A stretch of 64,000 nucleotides of DNA, taken from contig CAJINV010000007.1 of assembly GCA_905178155.1 (NCBI GenBank), forward strand, positions 4,428,258 to 4,492,257, written 5' to 3'. This document shows, piece after piece, positions 53,101 through 63,852 of the stretch (its first letter is position 1; every line of letters starts with the position of its first letter). The notes under the pieces were generated by a model that had not been told where the DNA came from, made no database searches, and was given only the letters and a program-made list of their open reading frames with translations. This DNA comes from Amoebophrya sp. A120 (taxonomy: Eukaryota > Protista > Dinoflagellata). The position numbers and the translations under genes are program-made.

Positions 53101-56100
53101 CTTTTGTTCACCAAGAGAAGGCACGGCAGCACTGCTCGGGTAATTCGCCGTGGAACCATCAAGCGCAAGCATGCACGTCGCATACAACCGCTCGGTCTTC
53201 TGCTTCTCGTTTGGATAGGCGAGCTCAGCTCGGTGGCGCGCAGTTTGACAGCCCGGGTCAAGAAAATGTTCCTGTTTATAAGGATCTGGTTGGACAGCGT
53301 CTGTGGCCTCCCCTGCATTTCCAGCACCAGTCGACCGCTCGAATGTCGGCATCTCAATCGCAGCCCGGATCCTCCGTATGTAAGGTTCAGCCTCACTCTG
53401 CAGTTTCGGAATGCAGATCATAGATAACGCAAAGAGCGATGAAGTGACGCTATCGCGGCGGCAACCACTTTTGCGAAAAGCCCTTTTTTCCGGTTTTTGC
53501 AGACCTGCTGATCTGCATGCGTCACGCAGGCACGAGCCTGCCTGTCTGATGTAGAGGCCCGCTCGCTGTGGCTCACCATTGTGCTGGCTAGTCGGAAGGT
53601 CTAGCTTTCGCCACCGTGGAGGAGCCTGCCGGCAGTGCCTCTCGGCGCGATGAGCAAAAGCAGCTCTCTTCGGGTCGTGGTTTGTGTTCCTGCAGATTTT
53701 TGCGAACTGCCGCTGCCCGAAGTGGGGTCTTATGCTTAAACTACCGCGGCCATGCATGGCACCGCCCCCCAGAATGCCGTGTCTACAGTGTGAGCAGGTC
53801 GAAAGCTCGCAACCCGAGGAGCCCGAAGGAGGGATCGCATAGGCATACTCCCCCGAGGAAGGGTTTGGGGGACGCCCCTTCGTATAGGTCTTATATATAA
53901 TGAAGGGTAGCTTGCGGAGGCGAGATCGTGATCGCCCCAGAAGGGAAGGTGTTGGGAACGAGAACGGCCCTGCCGGGGCAAAAGAAAAGCTCCTTTCGGC
54001 TTGCAGCCAGAGCGAACAAGAATTCGCCCCACTGGCGAAGCAGCTGAAGACGCAACGCGATCACCCGAGCAGCGCCGCTACGTAGCAGAGGCCGCCGGGT
54101 TCCCCTAGCTTTTGGCGACAACGCCCCACACCGAGGCCGCAACCGCTGGCGCGCATCATGCAACAAGAAGGCGGCCAAGCCGCGCTTTTCTCTTCGTTGC
54201 GGAGGTGCGCGCGTATCTTGTGCAAGTTCGGCTTCGGCATCACTGAAAACGATGAACGACAACACAACCAGCGCTCTGGACCTAAGTAAACTGCCTGACT
54301 TTTACTCCGGCCGCCGCGGGCCAGCCTCGTGGCCCCTGGGCCGTCTTTCTTCTGCGTGTTTCGCCCTAAGCGGTTACTTAAGTGACAAAGAAGCCGCGCC
54401 CATACTATCTAAATACAGGGCACTCTGACAAGATTAAAGTTTCCGGGGTAGCGGACGGGCACACCCGTGTCTGTGCCCGTCGCCGTCCGCGACCGGCGAA
54501 GCAGAATCGCGCTGCTCTCACAGTCACATGTGTCATGCGGAGCAAAAAAATCCTTTTCTTTGTTTTTCGGAAAAAGTGTTTTCCGTTGCCATAGACAACA
54601 TTTTTTTTGCTTCCCTCGGTTTCCTTGTCCTCCGGTATGTTTTCCCAGGGCGGCCGCGGAATCTCCTGGTCGGGACACATAAACTGCACATGCTCGAAGA
54701 CCGTACCGCGCCCCCCTGAGTATGTTGTTTCCTCTTCGCCTCTTCCACTTTCACGAGCAAAATTTAAGCAAGTCCTTCTAGTGCTCAGCTCCTCATTGGA
54801 AATTCCGCCGTTGTGCTTCGATTTCGAACTGGGTGGGGCTATCAACGGCTGCATCAGTTTTTGTTTGAACAGCTGCTGATGTTTCTTGGGTAGGACCGGC
54901 GCGCAATAATCCTCCGGGCCAGGGCTAATACACTCCCACTGCACCTTCGCATTCGCCGAGCCACATACTTTGCAGCCTGCTACCCTACATGCCTTTTTTG
55001 CGATTAGAAGCTGCATTTCATCGAAGTTGTCCGCTAGTGCCGATTTTGTCCCCGCGTCCTCAGGGTTTAGGGTGCCAGGCTTTTTCTTCCATTTTCCCAT
55101 GAGATCGTCGTATTTTTGAGCAAACTTGTCAGCATCACAAGCGTCATCGGGGTGCGTCACCTCTTTGAAGTGTTTCTTAACGACATCTGCTCCGTTTGTC
55201 TCATCGTTCCGGTAGGCAGCTTGAAGCTCTGTGACACTACCTCTACCGGTAGACGAGGCAGTAGCCTTATCCACATCTGGGAATTCATCTTTCTGGTTCT
55301 GCGAACCCTGCGTCTGCCCCTGCTCCTTCTCCTGTCCCTTGTTCCGCTTCCGCTCTCGTTCGTGCCAGTCAGATGTAGTTCCACCTGCTCGAAGCGTGTT
55401 TGCGCCATACTCTTGTCCCGCCGCACTAGATGTCGTAGAGGAACCTTCAGGCGCCGTGCTGCCCATCAACAAAGCGTCTTCGCTCAAGGAGCCATCTGCC
55501 AGATAGTACGTTGGTTTCACATTATTCCTGGTTGCAGGGGACCCCACAGTCGTCTCCTGGTCCTTCATTTTATTACCGTCAGTAGCCGTCCACGTCCTCG
55601 TACCGCCACCGGTCGTCATGATCTTGTCGTCTTTTCCAGCCGACGAGGTCGCACTACCAGATGAAACGAGGCGCGATTGCGAAACCTGCGCCACAGAGGA
55701 GGTGGAGGACGACGTCGCCACAGATGAGCTGGTCTCTGAAGTGGTGGTCGACCTGCTCGCGCCACCAGCAGCTCCACTTCTTTCCACCGCTCCTGGTGGC
55801 GCCGGCGTGGCGGACCCTCCAGCACCAGTGTTGATACGCACGGGTCCGCGGTGGAACTGGTACTTTTGCGGGTTTTGATTTTCCAAAAACGCAAAGGATT
55901 CCTCCCATTCCTGGTCCGCGTTGACGATGCCGTCCGCGTCCATCTCTGCTCGCTTGTTTCCCGTCCGGTCCCCGCTACGCCCGCGGACGAGCTGGTTCGA
56001 ATACAAACATGTCTGGGTCTTCTGTGGTGGAAAGAAAAAAATTGATTGTTGAATTTCTTGGTCTTTATCGACGATCGATATTTGTTCTCGACACTGACTC

Positions 56101-56656
56101 TCTTCTGGTGAGTGGACAGGAAGAGGAGAGACACCACAAAAGACACATCGCAAAAAACAACCTTTTCGTCACTCCATTTGTCAGTTGTCAATGCCAGCAG
56201 CCCCAGCAAACTGCAATGAGATGTCGCACTCAGAGTCAGAGGGTGCAAGAGAAGATCAGCATATTACACGTTTGCAGTAGCGGTACTGCAGCCACTACTT
56301 CACATGCGTCGGACATGTAGAGAATTTAAGCACGTGTTTGCCACGTCCAGCCAAAAATTTCTCTTGAAAGACATCGACATCGTCGGTCTATTCGACGTAA
56401 ATTGCATGACAAAACAAAGAAGAAGAACCGCTCCGACGGAGACACTCCTATTTGCATCTGATCCAAACCCAGACGTTATGTTTGTATTCGATAGGCTCGC
56501 TCACGGAGCGGTAGCCGGTCGCGAGATCCGCAACCAGTAGCAAGGAGAGCAATGGTGCTATGATTGATAAGAAGGGCTTCAAAAACCGACTCCGGAACGT
56601 CGACAACCTGCTATGGAAGTCTCCTCAACAGATAATTACAGATTGAGCTGTTACAT
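44167..56656 (-). CDS. Probably secreted ~2,480-aa protein with two tandem, heavily inserted peptidase S51 (PepE/cyanophycinase-like) domains; exons ~56656-56655, 56607-56496, 55991-54596, 53447-51150, 48275-44937, 44682-44427, 44215-44167
   Basis: Each unit carries YYIGGGNVF, LLAGQSAGSM (nucleophile Ser), GLRG...SIRPH (His) and AITDG(M/T)AV, preceded by a Cys-rich module. Exons sum to 7452 nt with consistent phases. Hydrophobic N-terminus FLSIIAPLLSLLLVA. The start (AT|G split by a 47-nt intron) is tentative. Confidence 0.8.
44220..44425. mobile_element. Degenerate TAT...ATA element, last intron of S51 gene
   Basis: IR TATCCCAC-GCGAAGTTACCGCCGCCATCA vs TATCCTAC...CGAAGTAAGCCGGCGGCATCA. Removing 211 nt gives NTRLG-ILAITDGTAVI, homologous to EMIAITDGMAVV in unit 1. 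TSD largely decayed. Confidence 0.7.
48276..51149 (-). other. 2,874-nt GT-AG intron of the S51 gene, filled with a GC-rich degenerate insert
   Basis: G|GTATTT donor and TCCAG|GT acceptor join VEVAG-GVTV in phase 1. Same position and phase as the 254-nt intron 44683-44936 in unit 2. Confidence 0.75.
53451..54593. mobile_element. 1,143-bp TAT...ATA element with GC-rich interior, intron in S51 gene
   Basis: Imperfect TIR TATCGCGGCGGCAACCACTTTTGCGAAAA vs TATGGCAACGGAAAACACTTTTTCCGAAAA. 5-mers GACGC/GACAA. Removing 1148 nt restores KKNVV-TSSLFALS, collinear with unit 2, which has no intron here. Confidence 0.82.
55995..56493. mobile_element. Family A TAT...ATA element (older, 499 bp), intron near the 5' end of S51 gene
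   Basis: IR TCGAATACAAACATGTCTGGGT vs ACCCAGACGTTATGTTTGTATTCGATA, matching the family A TIR (left terminal TA decayed to GT). 5-mers AGCTG/GGCTC. Removing 504 nt gives YRSVSE-LVRGRS in frame. Confidence 0.82.
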
Positions 56657-57090
56657 CCTCTGCTCGACGTGCGGGTTTGCTGCTGAACAAGAAGGAGAAA
56701 TCACGATGCAAGAGAGGAAGTGTAGCGCTTCTCGCAGTACTTCAAGTTGTAATATTAGCATCAAGGGAAGGAAGTAGAACGATTAAAGACATGAAAATGA
56801 ATTTGGCGCTGATCGTTCCGATAGCAGTCGAACAAGGATTATTCTCGCCAACATGCATTGATGCATCTTGATCTTCATGGTGGTATCATCGGACCTTGCT
56901 TTGTGATTGAACCTGTTTGTGGGCATGACAAATAGCAGAACAAAGATGTAACACCGTCTGAGAATTTTCCAGCTGAGGAGGCCATACAATCGCAACAGGG
57001 CCAAGTCTCGCTTTCTCCACGCCGGTAGTTCGCGTTTCTTCATGTTTTTCATACCATTTTCGTATTTATTTTTCGCCGTGTCCATGCTTT

Positions 57091-58698
57091 TCATTCGCGA
57101 GCCACGTCGTCGCTCTTGTGGTTTGCGTTCCCCTGCTTCTCCAGATCGTCTTCGTACGGATTTGCAACTTGGAAAAAAAATTATGCAAACCCCAGCAAAT
57201 AATTGAGAATCGTGAAAGACGAGACTGTCGAAGTCACTGGCACTGCTTCTTACATGACAGAACTTCAAAAAGAAGGTAATGTGTCAACTTTGGAACTGAT
57301 CCTCCGCCTGACGCTGCATAGGCTACAAAAGAAAAAAAGCTTTTAAGCTCGTCCTATCTATGAGAAGCACGGCAGACGATAGAGATCATGTAGATGTCGT
57401 GACTTCTTCGCTTGATGAATCTACGTACCATGTTATCAGGAATTTAGCTTGCAAACTCTATCTCGATTTGGCCGTGCTAGATTTACCAATTCAGAAATGC
57501 TACTCTCCAGTTCCTGATGTTTTCGTGCAAGACCCAGAAGTCATTGTTTATCTCTTTGACGATTCTCCGGCTAATTACCTCGTGTCCATACACTCCATCT
57601 CTGCAACTGGTGTTTTTGATTCTGCACCCATCCGTCGTCCGCTCGCAGTCACACTTGTTCCCCGGGTTCCACCAGCTCCTTTTAGGCTGCGCTGCTGAGA
57701 GCGGCACAACGAGGAAAATATCGAGTTTTATCGAGTTGAAAGCAGTGCTGATCTTGATGCCGAGCGCCACATAACTAGAAATGGATTTTGATGCAGAAGA
57801 TCATGATCAATCAATTTCAATTCTCTGAGTCAGCGGCAAGTCAAGCTACTACCGGGCTGTGTGGGAGGGCACAAAAAAAAACAATGACGTACCAGTCGAA
57901 GTTACGTAAGGAGAGCAAGGTAGTTGTGTTTTTGTTGCTGCGCGTTCATAAAAAATACCGCTGATCTGCAAAGTGCTGGAGCCGCCATGTTTATTAGTTA
58001 AGAGAACGAGAAAATCTACAGCGGGACATTATATCATGTCTATTTTTGTCATATCGAAACGCTTGCAAGAATGTCACAGACAGTTCCGGTAGCTGGGGGT
58101 GAGACCCCGCAGCTACTTTTCAATGCGATAACAGTATCCACCGACTTCCACCTGCAAGGGAAAACCCATTTCCTAACGGCCAGTGCCAGACGTTCCGCAG
58201 TCTATTTCCTTCGCTGGATTCCGCTTTCGTTGACGTCTCCGACTTTATTCCCTGGTACAAAACATGGTCCTCCTCCTCCTGCTCCTCCCGCACGAATTGC
58301 GCTTTCCGTTGACCTCCTCGCCCGCCCTCGTCCACAGCAGCCGCGGTCTTGTCTCCGGCAAGAAAGGACGCGGGGCAACTGGAGGTCGATGATGCGTTGG
58401 TGTTCGTGGTTTTACCAGCAGAAGCAGTAGCTCCTGCTGCTGCAGCAGCCTCCGAGTTCATCGTAAGCAGGTTTTTGTCCGTTTCCTTATTTGGTCGTCC
58501 TTTCATGGAATGCAGCAAACTGCATGTTTGCCGATCCGGAGTAAGCTGCACTGGTAGAACTTGAGTCGGAACTGTGGAACTCGGCCTGTTCGTCTCCGGC
58601 GTCGGACAGGAAGCCGGACGACCGCCGCCGCCCCCGCGGCTGGCCGGCTCAATGGTGGTGCTCCGTCTGGTATAGTTGTTGCCCCTCAACAGAAACAC
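57091..58698 (-). CDS. Possible multi-exon hypothetical protein (boundaries uncertain)
   Basis: 192-aa low-complexity ORF with a GCAG|GT donor near 58151, phase-compatible with a CAG acceptor near 57695 leading into a Cys/Trp-containing exon (WWNPGNKCDCERTTDGCRIKNTSC). Confidence 0.35.
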
Positions 58699-60048
58699 AA
58701 ACTTGCTTCCCAGTTCCAGTGCTTCTCAACAATCACCAGAATTTCAGACGATGCAAGAGCACTGTCAGTTATACTTAGCAGCAACATGCCACGGACACTA
58801 CTGCGGCCCCCCCGCCACAGATATTCATAATAGCAGGCAACATGCCTAGACCATGCTCTAGTACCTCTTATCTGGAATTTTTGGAGATAGAGAGTTGAGT
58901 TCACGAGCGGAATGGTGGTGCTCGAAGATTTTGCACAGATTGTGCTTCATCATCTCAAAAGTGTCCTCTCATTAAGTCCGCTTTTCTGCATTAAGCGAAC
59001 CCAACAGGCCTTCTGCTGCATCAATTCATTTGACTGACGAACTCTCTTTTCTCGTTTGCTTTTGTCTCATGCCAGCACAGTGCTCTCGTTCTTAGTTCAG
59101 TTCTCCACCATCTTTCTCACATGAAATCACTGAGATATTCATCTCCGCAGCGTGGAGGTAGATACTCTTTTTATTTTTCCGAATATTAGCTTTAGCCTTT
59201 CGTCTTCTCCTGTAGTGTCATCTGTTTCACTTCCAACTGGAACTTCTGAGTTGATGCGCTCACAAGCAGGAGAGGGAGCTGCAGTGCTGGTGTGATCTTC
59301 TACTTTTTCTTGAAGAGAATAAAGACCCGCTCCTCTGGTCATCAACATATCTTGTAAATGCATAGTAGCAGCATCAACATGCATGACAGGCTCGAAAAAT
59401 TCGCAGCGAAGCCAAACCTGCGCAGACGAGGGCGTCGGCGTCTGCCGGTAGAAGTTCCACTCTGACCAAGCGAGTGAGGTGTGTCAAACGAGGATCGCAC
59501 TGATTAAGTAGTGCCAACGTCGAGTAGATATAGTGCATTTAGGCATCACAAACAATTGTGCTGAGAAAGCTTTTTTTAGCTCGATCACAGGAGCGAGCTT
59601 CTGGCGGATAGGTTCTTCATGCCAGAGTACGAGCTCCCCTGTCCCCACGCGGAAACATGCAAGAGGCTGCGCCGTCTACGACCATTTCGTCGTGCACTAA
59701 TATGTTGCATATCAAATTTCGTTGTTCGTGCCAGTACAGCCTCGGCAGGAAAAGACGCAAGTGAAAGAGATATGAACTTATTCTCCAGCTGTTGCTGTTC
59801 CGTCATGCACAAAATCAAAAGCGATGCGTCGTTGTGCCGGTTCTGTCTTTCTAACAGTTTGAAAAACACGGCGCTCACGCGCTGGCACTTCCTCCTCTTT
59901 GTCATCATCGCATCGTAAGGTTCAGAACTTCAATTCTGAAAAGGAACGTATGATTTTTTTTCTTCAACAGCCCGAAATGAAATCTCCATCCTTGTGCCAC
60001 CTGGCCTTCTATTTCCACATGAGATGTAGTCGGGTAAAGTCAAAGTGC

Positions 60049-60074
60049 ATGATGATGATGATGATGATGATGAT
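60049..60074. repeat. (ATG)n microsatellite
   Basis: About 8 tandem ATG units. Confidence 0.85.
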
Positions 60075-61950
60075 CAATATCAGATTCGTAGTTTGTCGTG
60101 ATCCATCCTATGTGTGGTAGCTGCTCTCACTCTCAGTTTATTCATATTCAATATCAAATGTACTAGTCGGCCCACCCTGCCCTTCTGCTCAAACTGGTCG
60201 TCTCGCGCTCCTCATTTCTTAGGAAGAACAACAACAAGGTCTGCACTCACCTCCTGCGAGATACGCTATGCAGTTGCAGAAAAGTAGTATGTAAGTCGCA
60301 TCTGTAGAAATTGAAATTCAAAGAACCGCAGCACATGGCATGAGCACGCCTTGCATTAGGTAGGATGTCGGGTAGCATTGATTTCTAGCATGAGAAATTG
60401 ACTTCGCCGCTTTTTACCTTGCAAAAACAAGTTGTGCTTATTCATGCTGTGTGCACCAGTCCCTTTGCAAGTCTGTGCGACATTTTACTTCTTACTTTTC
60501 CAATTCATAAGAGAGAAGAAACGCGTCGTGCGTTCTGTTCGTTCAGCCCATACACGGTTCTTTTTGTCAGTTGCAGTGCTTGTGTTTGCCGTTTGCGTTG
60601 TAATCAAGCTCCCCCTCGAGGTAGTTTTGAAGTTGGATAGTTTTCGTTTCGCGGGTCAATGTGTTGCAATAAAAAAACTTACTGGTCAGGATCGCGCGTC
60701 GGCGTCTGTCGAAGATCTGGTTTTGTTCTATGGAGGTGTCAGGTGGGAAAACTTCGACAGAATCGCGATAGCGAGCCATGTATAATTTTTCGAAAACAAA
60801 ACCTGTCGTAGGAGCAGGAGCTCCGTTGAGCCCACAGGACGGCCACTGAAACTGATTCAAGAGCCGGCGTTCAAAGCAGGCCAGCATGAGAAAAATGTGT
60901 ACTTACCGACCACCTGCTTTCTTGAAATCGATAACGAGCTCGTCGTCATGCATGCTCTACTTTTTTATTTTTGGCTCGTGCTTCTGCTCCTTCCCCTGCG
61001 AATATCAAGATACAAAAACCCTCCAGACAAAACAAAGAAAAAAAGGCAAAATCGTCTTCATTTTATTTGTCAGGCTCTGCAAGCGTTATTCTTGACTTTT
61101 CAAACCGAAACAGGACCACCTCAAGCATGCATTTTTTTATAAAGAAGAAGAAGATGCAAGCGAACCACGCGTAACCAAGCAGTCACGAAGTTTTTCCTCC
61201 TGACACTTCCATAATCTTCATTTCGCGAAATGCAACCACTCAGCCACGCTATTACTACGAACCAAAATCAACTACTCTTTGTGCTGTTTACCAACATACA
61301 CCAGCAGTGATTGTATACTTGCTTGCTTCGCTTTTTGCTGTGATATGTTTTGCGGATTACGATCATGAGAGAAATGCTTTGTCAATCTGATTATTTCTTC
61401 TTCATCTTCTGTGAGCTTTAAGTTGTGTCAAGACTTGCGTTTGTCGGATGTTCTGATAGATACCGTTATCAAACTGCCCTTGTAAAAAAATCGTGTGTGG
61501 TGCTAGTCGTGCTAAAGGTTCTAGTACTAGTGTCGTGGAGGTTGTGCCGCGATTGGTGTAGCTGTAGTACAAGCGATTTCCTTTTTGTTTTTACATCAAT
61601 GCACAGGTTTCATTTATTTTGTCGCTACCACGTCGTGGCTTCAGTACCATTTTTGCGCAACTTGGGATACAAGCTGCTCATCTTCGTGGGCATTTCATTC
61701 TGGGTACGGAAATCTTGGATTTTTCTCAAACAATGTGTTGAATGGTCTCCGGGTAGCGGTAGTGGGAAATTGTGGACAGTACCAAAATTTTCGTCAACAT
61801 ACGGGGATAACAATAGATCCCGATCCCCGGAGGTCGCCGTCAGCTCATCGTGAGACGCGTTCGCATTCTGCAGCGCCGGGGTGGGTTGGCGTGCGTTGAT
61901 GTTCTCTGCCTTTGGAAACAAAAACCGGATCGAAAGTCGATGCCGATGAA

Positions 61951-63852
61951 CTAGATGAGCGGGTCATTTCCGTCCGTCGAGGTAGCGAAGAACTGGTCGA
62001 TGTCGTCGCCCCAGGGCGGTGCGCCCCCACCTCCCAACTGCCAATCGTCGTTGAGCGAAGTAGTCATCATACTGCCAGGATTTATTTCTCCCCCACCCGC
62101 AACGGCTACCCCTGCCGCGTGCGTCCTCGCTCGTGTGCCCTCCGTCATACTCGTGGGCGTCAGGTTCAAGTTTAGCGAGCTCGTTGTCCCGCTGGGCGGG
62201 GGTGGGAGCGGCGGAACGAAGCTACTCGTCAGATCTTCCACGACAAGTGGGGGTGTGCTGTCGTGCTCTTCGAGTACCGCATCTCCCTGCTGCAACATCG
62301 ACCGGGACCTAGAGGTTGGAGTTAAGGACGCCGCGTTTCCTCGTAGTGTTTCGACTGACGGCGGCTGTACTCCACTAGCCGACGATGGTGCCAGTGAATC
62401 GTTTACCGACGAAGTACCACCGCCCGGCTGTATCCCAGCATTTCTTGCGGCGGACAGAACCGGTGGGCCACCGGAGCTGGAAGTTCCATACGTGACCCTT
62501 GACGGCGACCTGGGCCGCAAGCTCCGCGTGGCGCCCCCGTAGCCTTCCGTGGACGTGGCTGTTGCAAAAAGGCCGCCGTCGTCGAGCGGTAAGTCGCCCC
62601 CACCAAAGTCGTCCTCGTCGTCGGCGAACTTGAACATTTCGCGTCTGGTGCCCGACGATGAAGATGTTCCGACCATCATGCCACTCTTGCTGCCACCACC
62701 CATGCCCATCGCGGACGTGGACGCAAGCTCGACGACCCTCTCCGCAAACGAGTTACTCCCGGAATAACCGCTCTTGGCGGCCTGCTGGCTGGAGTGGTAC
62801 AGGCGGGCCGCGACGTAGATCACCAGGAGTAGCACGATAAACACGGCGATCTGCCGGGTCCTGCTGGCAACCTGTTGCGCCTGTAGGTCTCCGTCCGGTG
62901 GCGATCCGTCTTGGTTTCGTAACAATACGTCGTCTCCGCCGGTCGTTTGTGTTCCACCCCGCCCATAGTTTTCGGCTGCGTTCGGGCCTCCGACTCCGAA
63001 CTTGCCCAGACCGCCGCGAAGCGAGGTTTGCGGCTGGTTGTTGTTCTGGTTCCCCGTGGCGCTGGCCGTCACAATGCTCGTGCTGGTGGTCGCACCGTCT
63101 CCTGTTCCGAAGTTGCTCAGCTTCTGCTGCCAGTAGACCTCCTGGTCGTCCAACCACACATGGAAGTCCTGCGTGCGCTCGCTCGGGACCCGCCGCCACG
63201 TGACGAAGTGGAACTGCCCAAACGGGTTTTCGATCAGGTGCGGTTTATGGAACTGTCAGGATCGAAATCAAGAACAAAATCGAAATACTTTGTGATGCAT
63301 ATAATCGATACCAGTTGGGGCCGCAGTTTCCAAGTGGCGCATGACAAATTTGGGGAGCGCCAAAATCCAGTCTGTCATGCTGTTTGGGCAAAGAAGACGG
63401 CTCCTCTCATGCTACTCTGGCAGCACATTCCATACCCCTAAACAGGCTAGCAATCGGCCTCATTTGCCTGCTCCCCAACACAGGCCTTACGTGCGCGTGC
63501 CCTACATTTTATGCATTACAAATTTTTTGAATTTGATTTTGTCGATTTCGATCCTGACACTCTCATACGGCTTCGGGTGCGCGTACTTCGGCTTCCCGAC
63601 CGAGACGACGGTGTACTCCGTCTGCACGGCGTTCGTGCGAACAACTTTCGACAGCGGAAACGCGATAGAGGTGGACGTCGCCGTTCCGCCCGCGGTTGCG
63701 GGGAGCAGGGAAGAGGTCGCGGGCGTCGCGGTGAGGAGCTTCAGTTGAAAGGCGAACAGGCCGCACTCGTCCGGAAAGTTGGGCTCTTTATCCTGTTCAA
63801 AAGTTGCATCGCGCTCTTCGTAATAGTTGTAATTGCAGCCACTCATTTCCAT
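61951..63852 (-). CDS. Hypothetical single-pass membrane protein, ~524 aa; exons 63852-63568, 63240-61951
   Basis: Two ORFs join in frame (YAHPKP-HLIENPF) on removal of a family B element. TM segment IAVFIVLLLVIYVAARLY. May have further upstream exons. Confidence 0.7.
63246..63567. mobile_element. TAT...ATA element, family B (TATGAGAGTG), intron
   Basis: ~55-bp imperfect TIR TATG(GAAC/AGAG)TGTCAGGATCGAAATC...ACAAAATC...TTTGT(G/A)ATGCATA. TSD CGGTT/CGGCT. Confidence 0.88.

Noticed and set aside
53718-53757. In-frame GSLSIRPHF inside the 1.1-kb element, resembling the host catalytic SIRPH motif
   Set aside because: Codons differ from the genuine copies, flanks show no similarity, and it lies in inferred intron sequence. 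Treated as coincidence.
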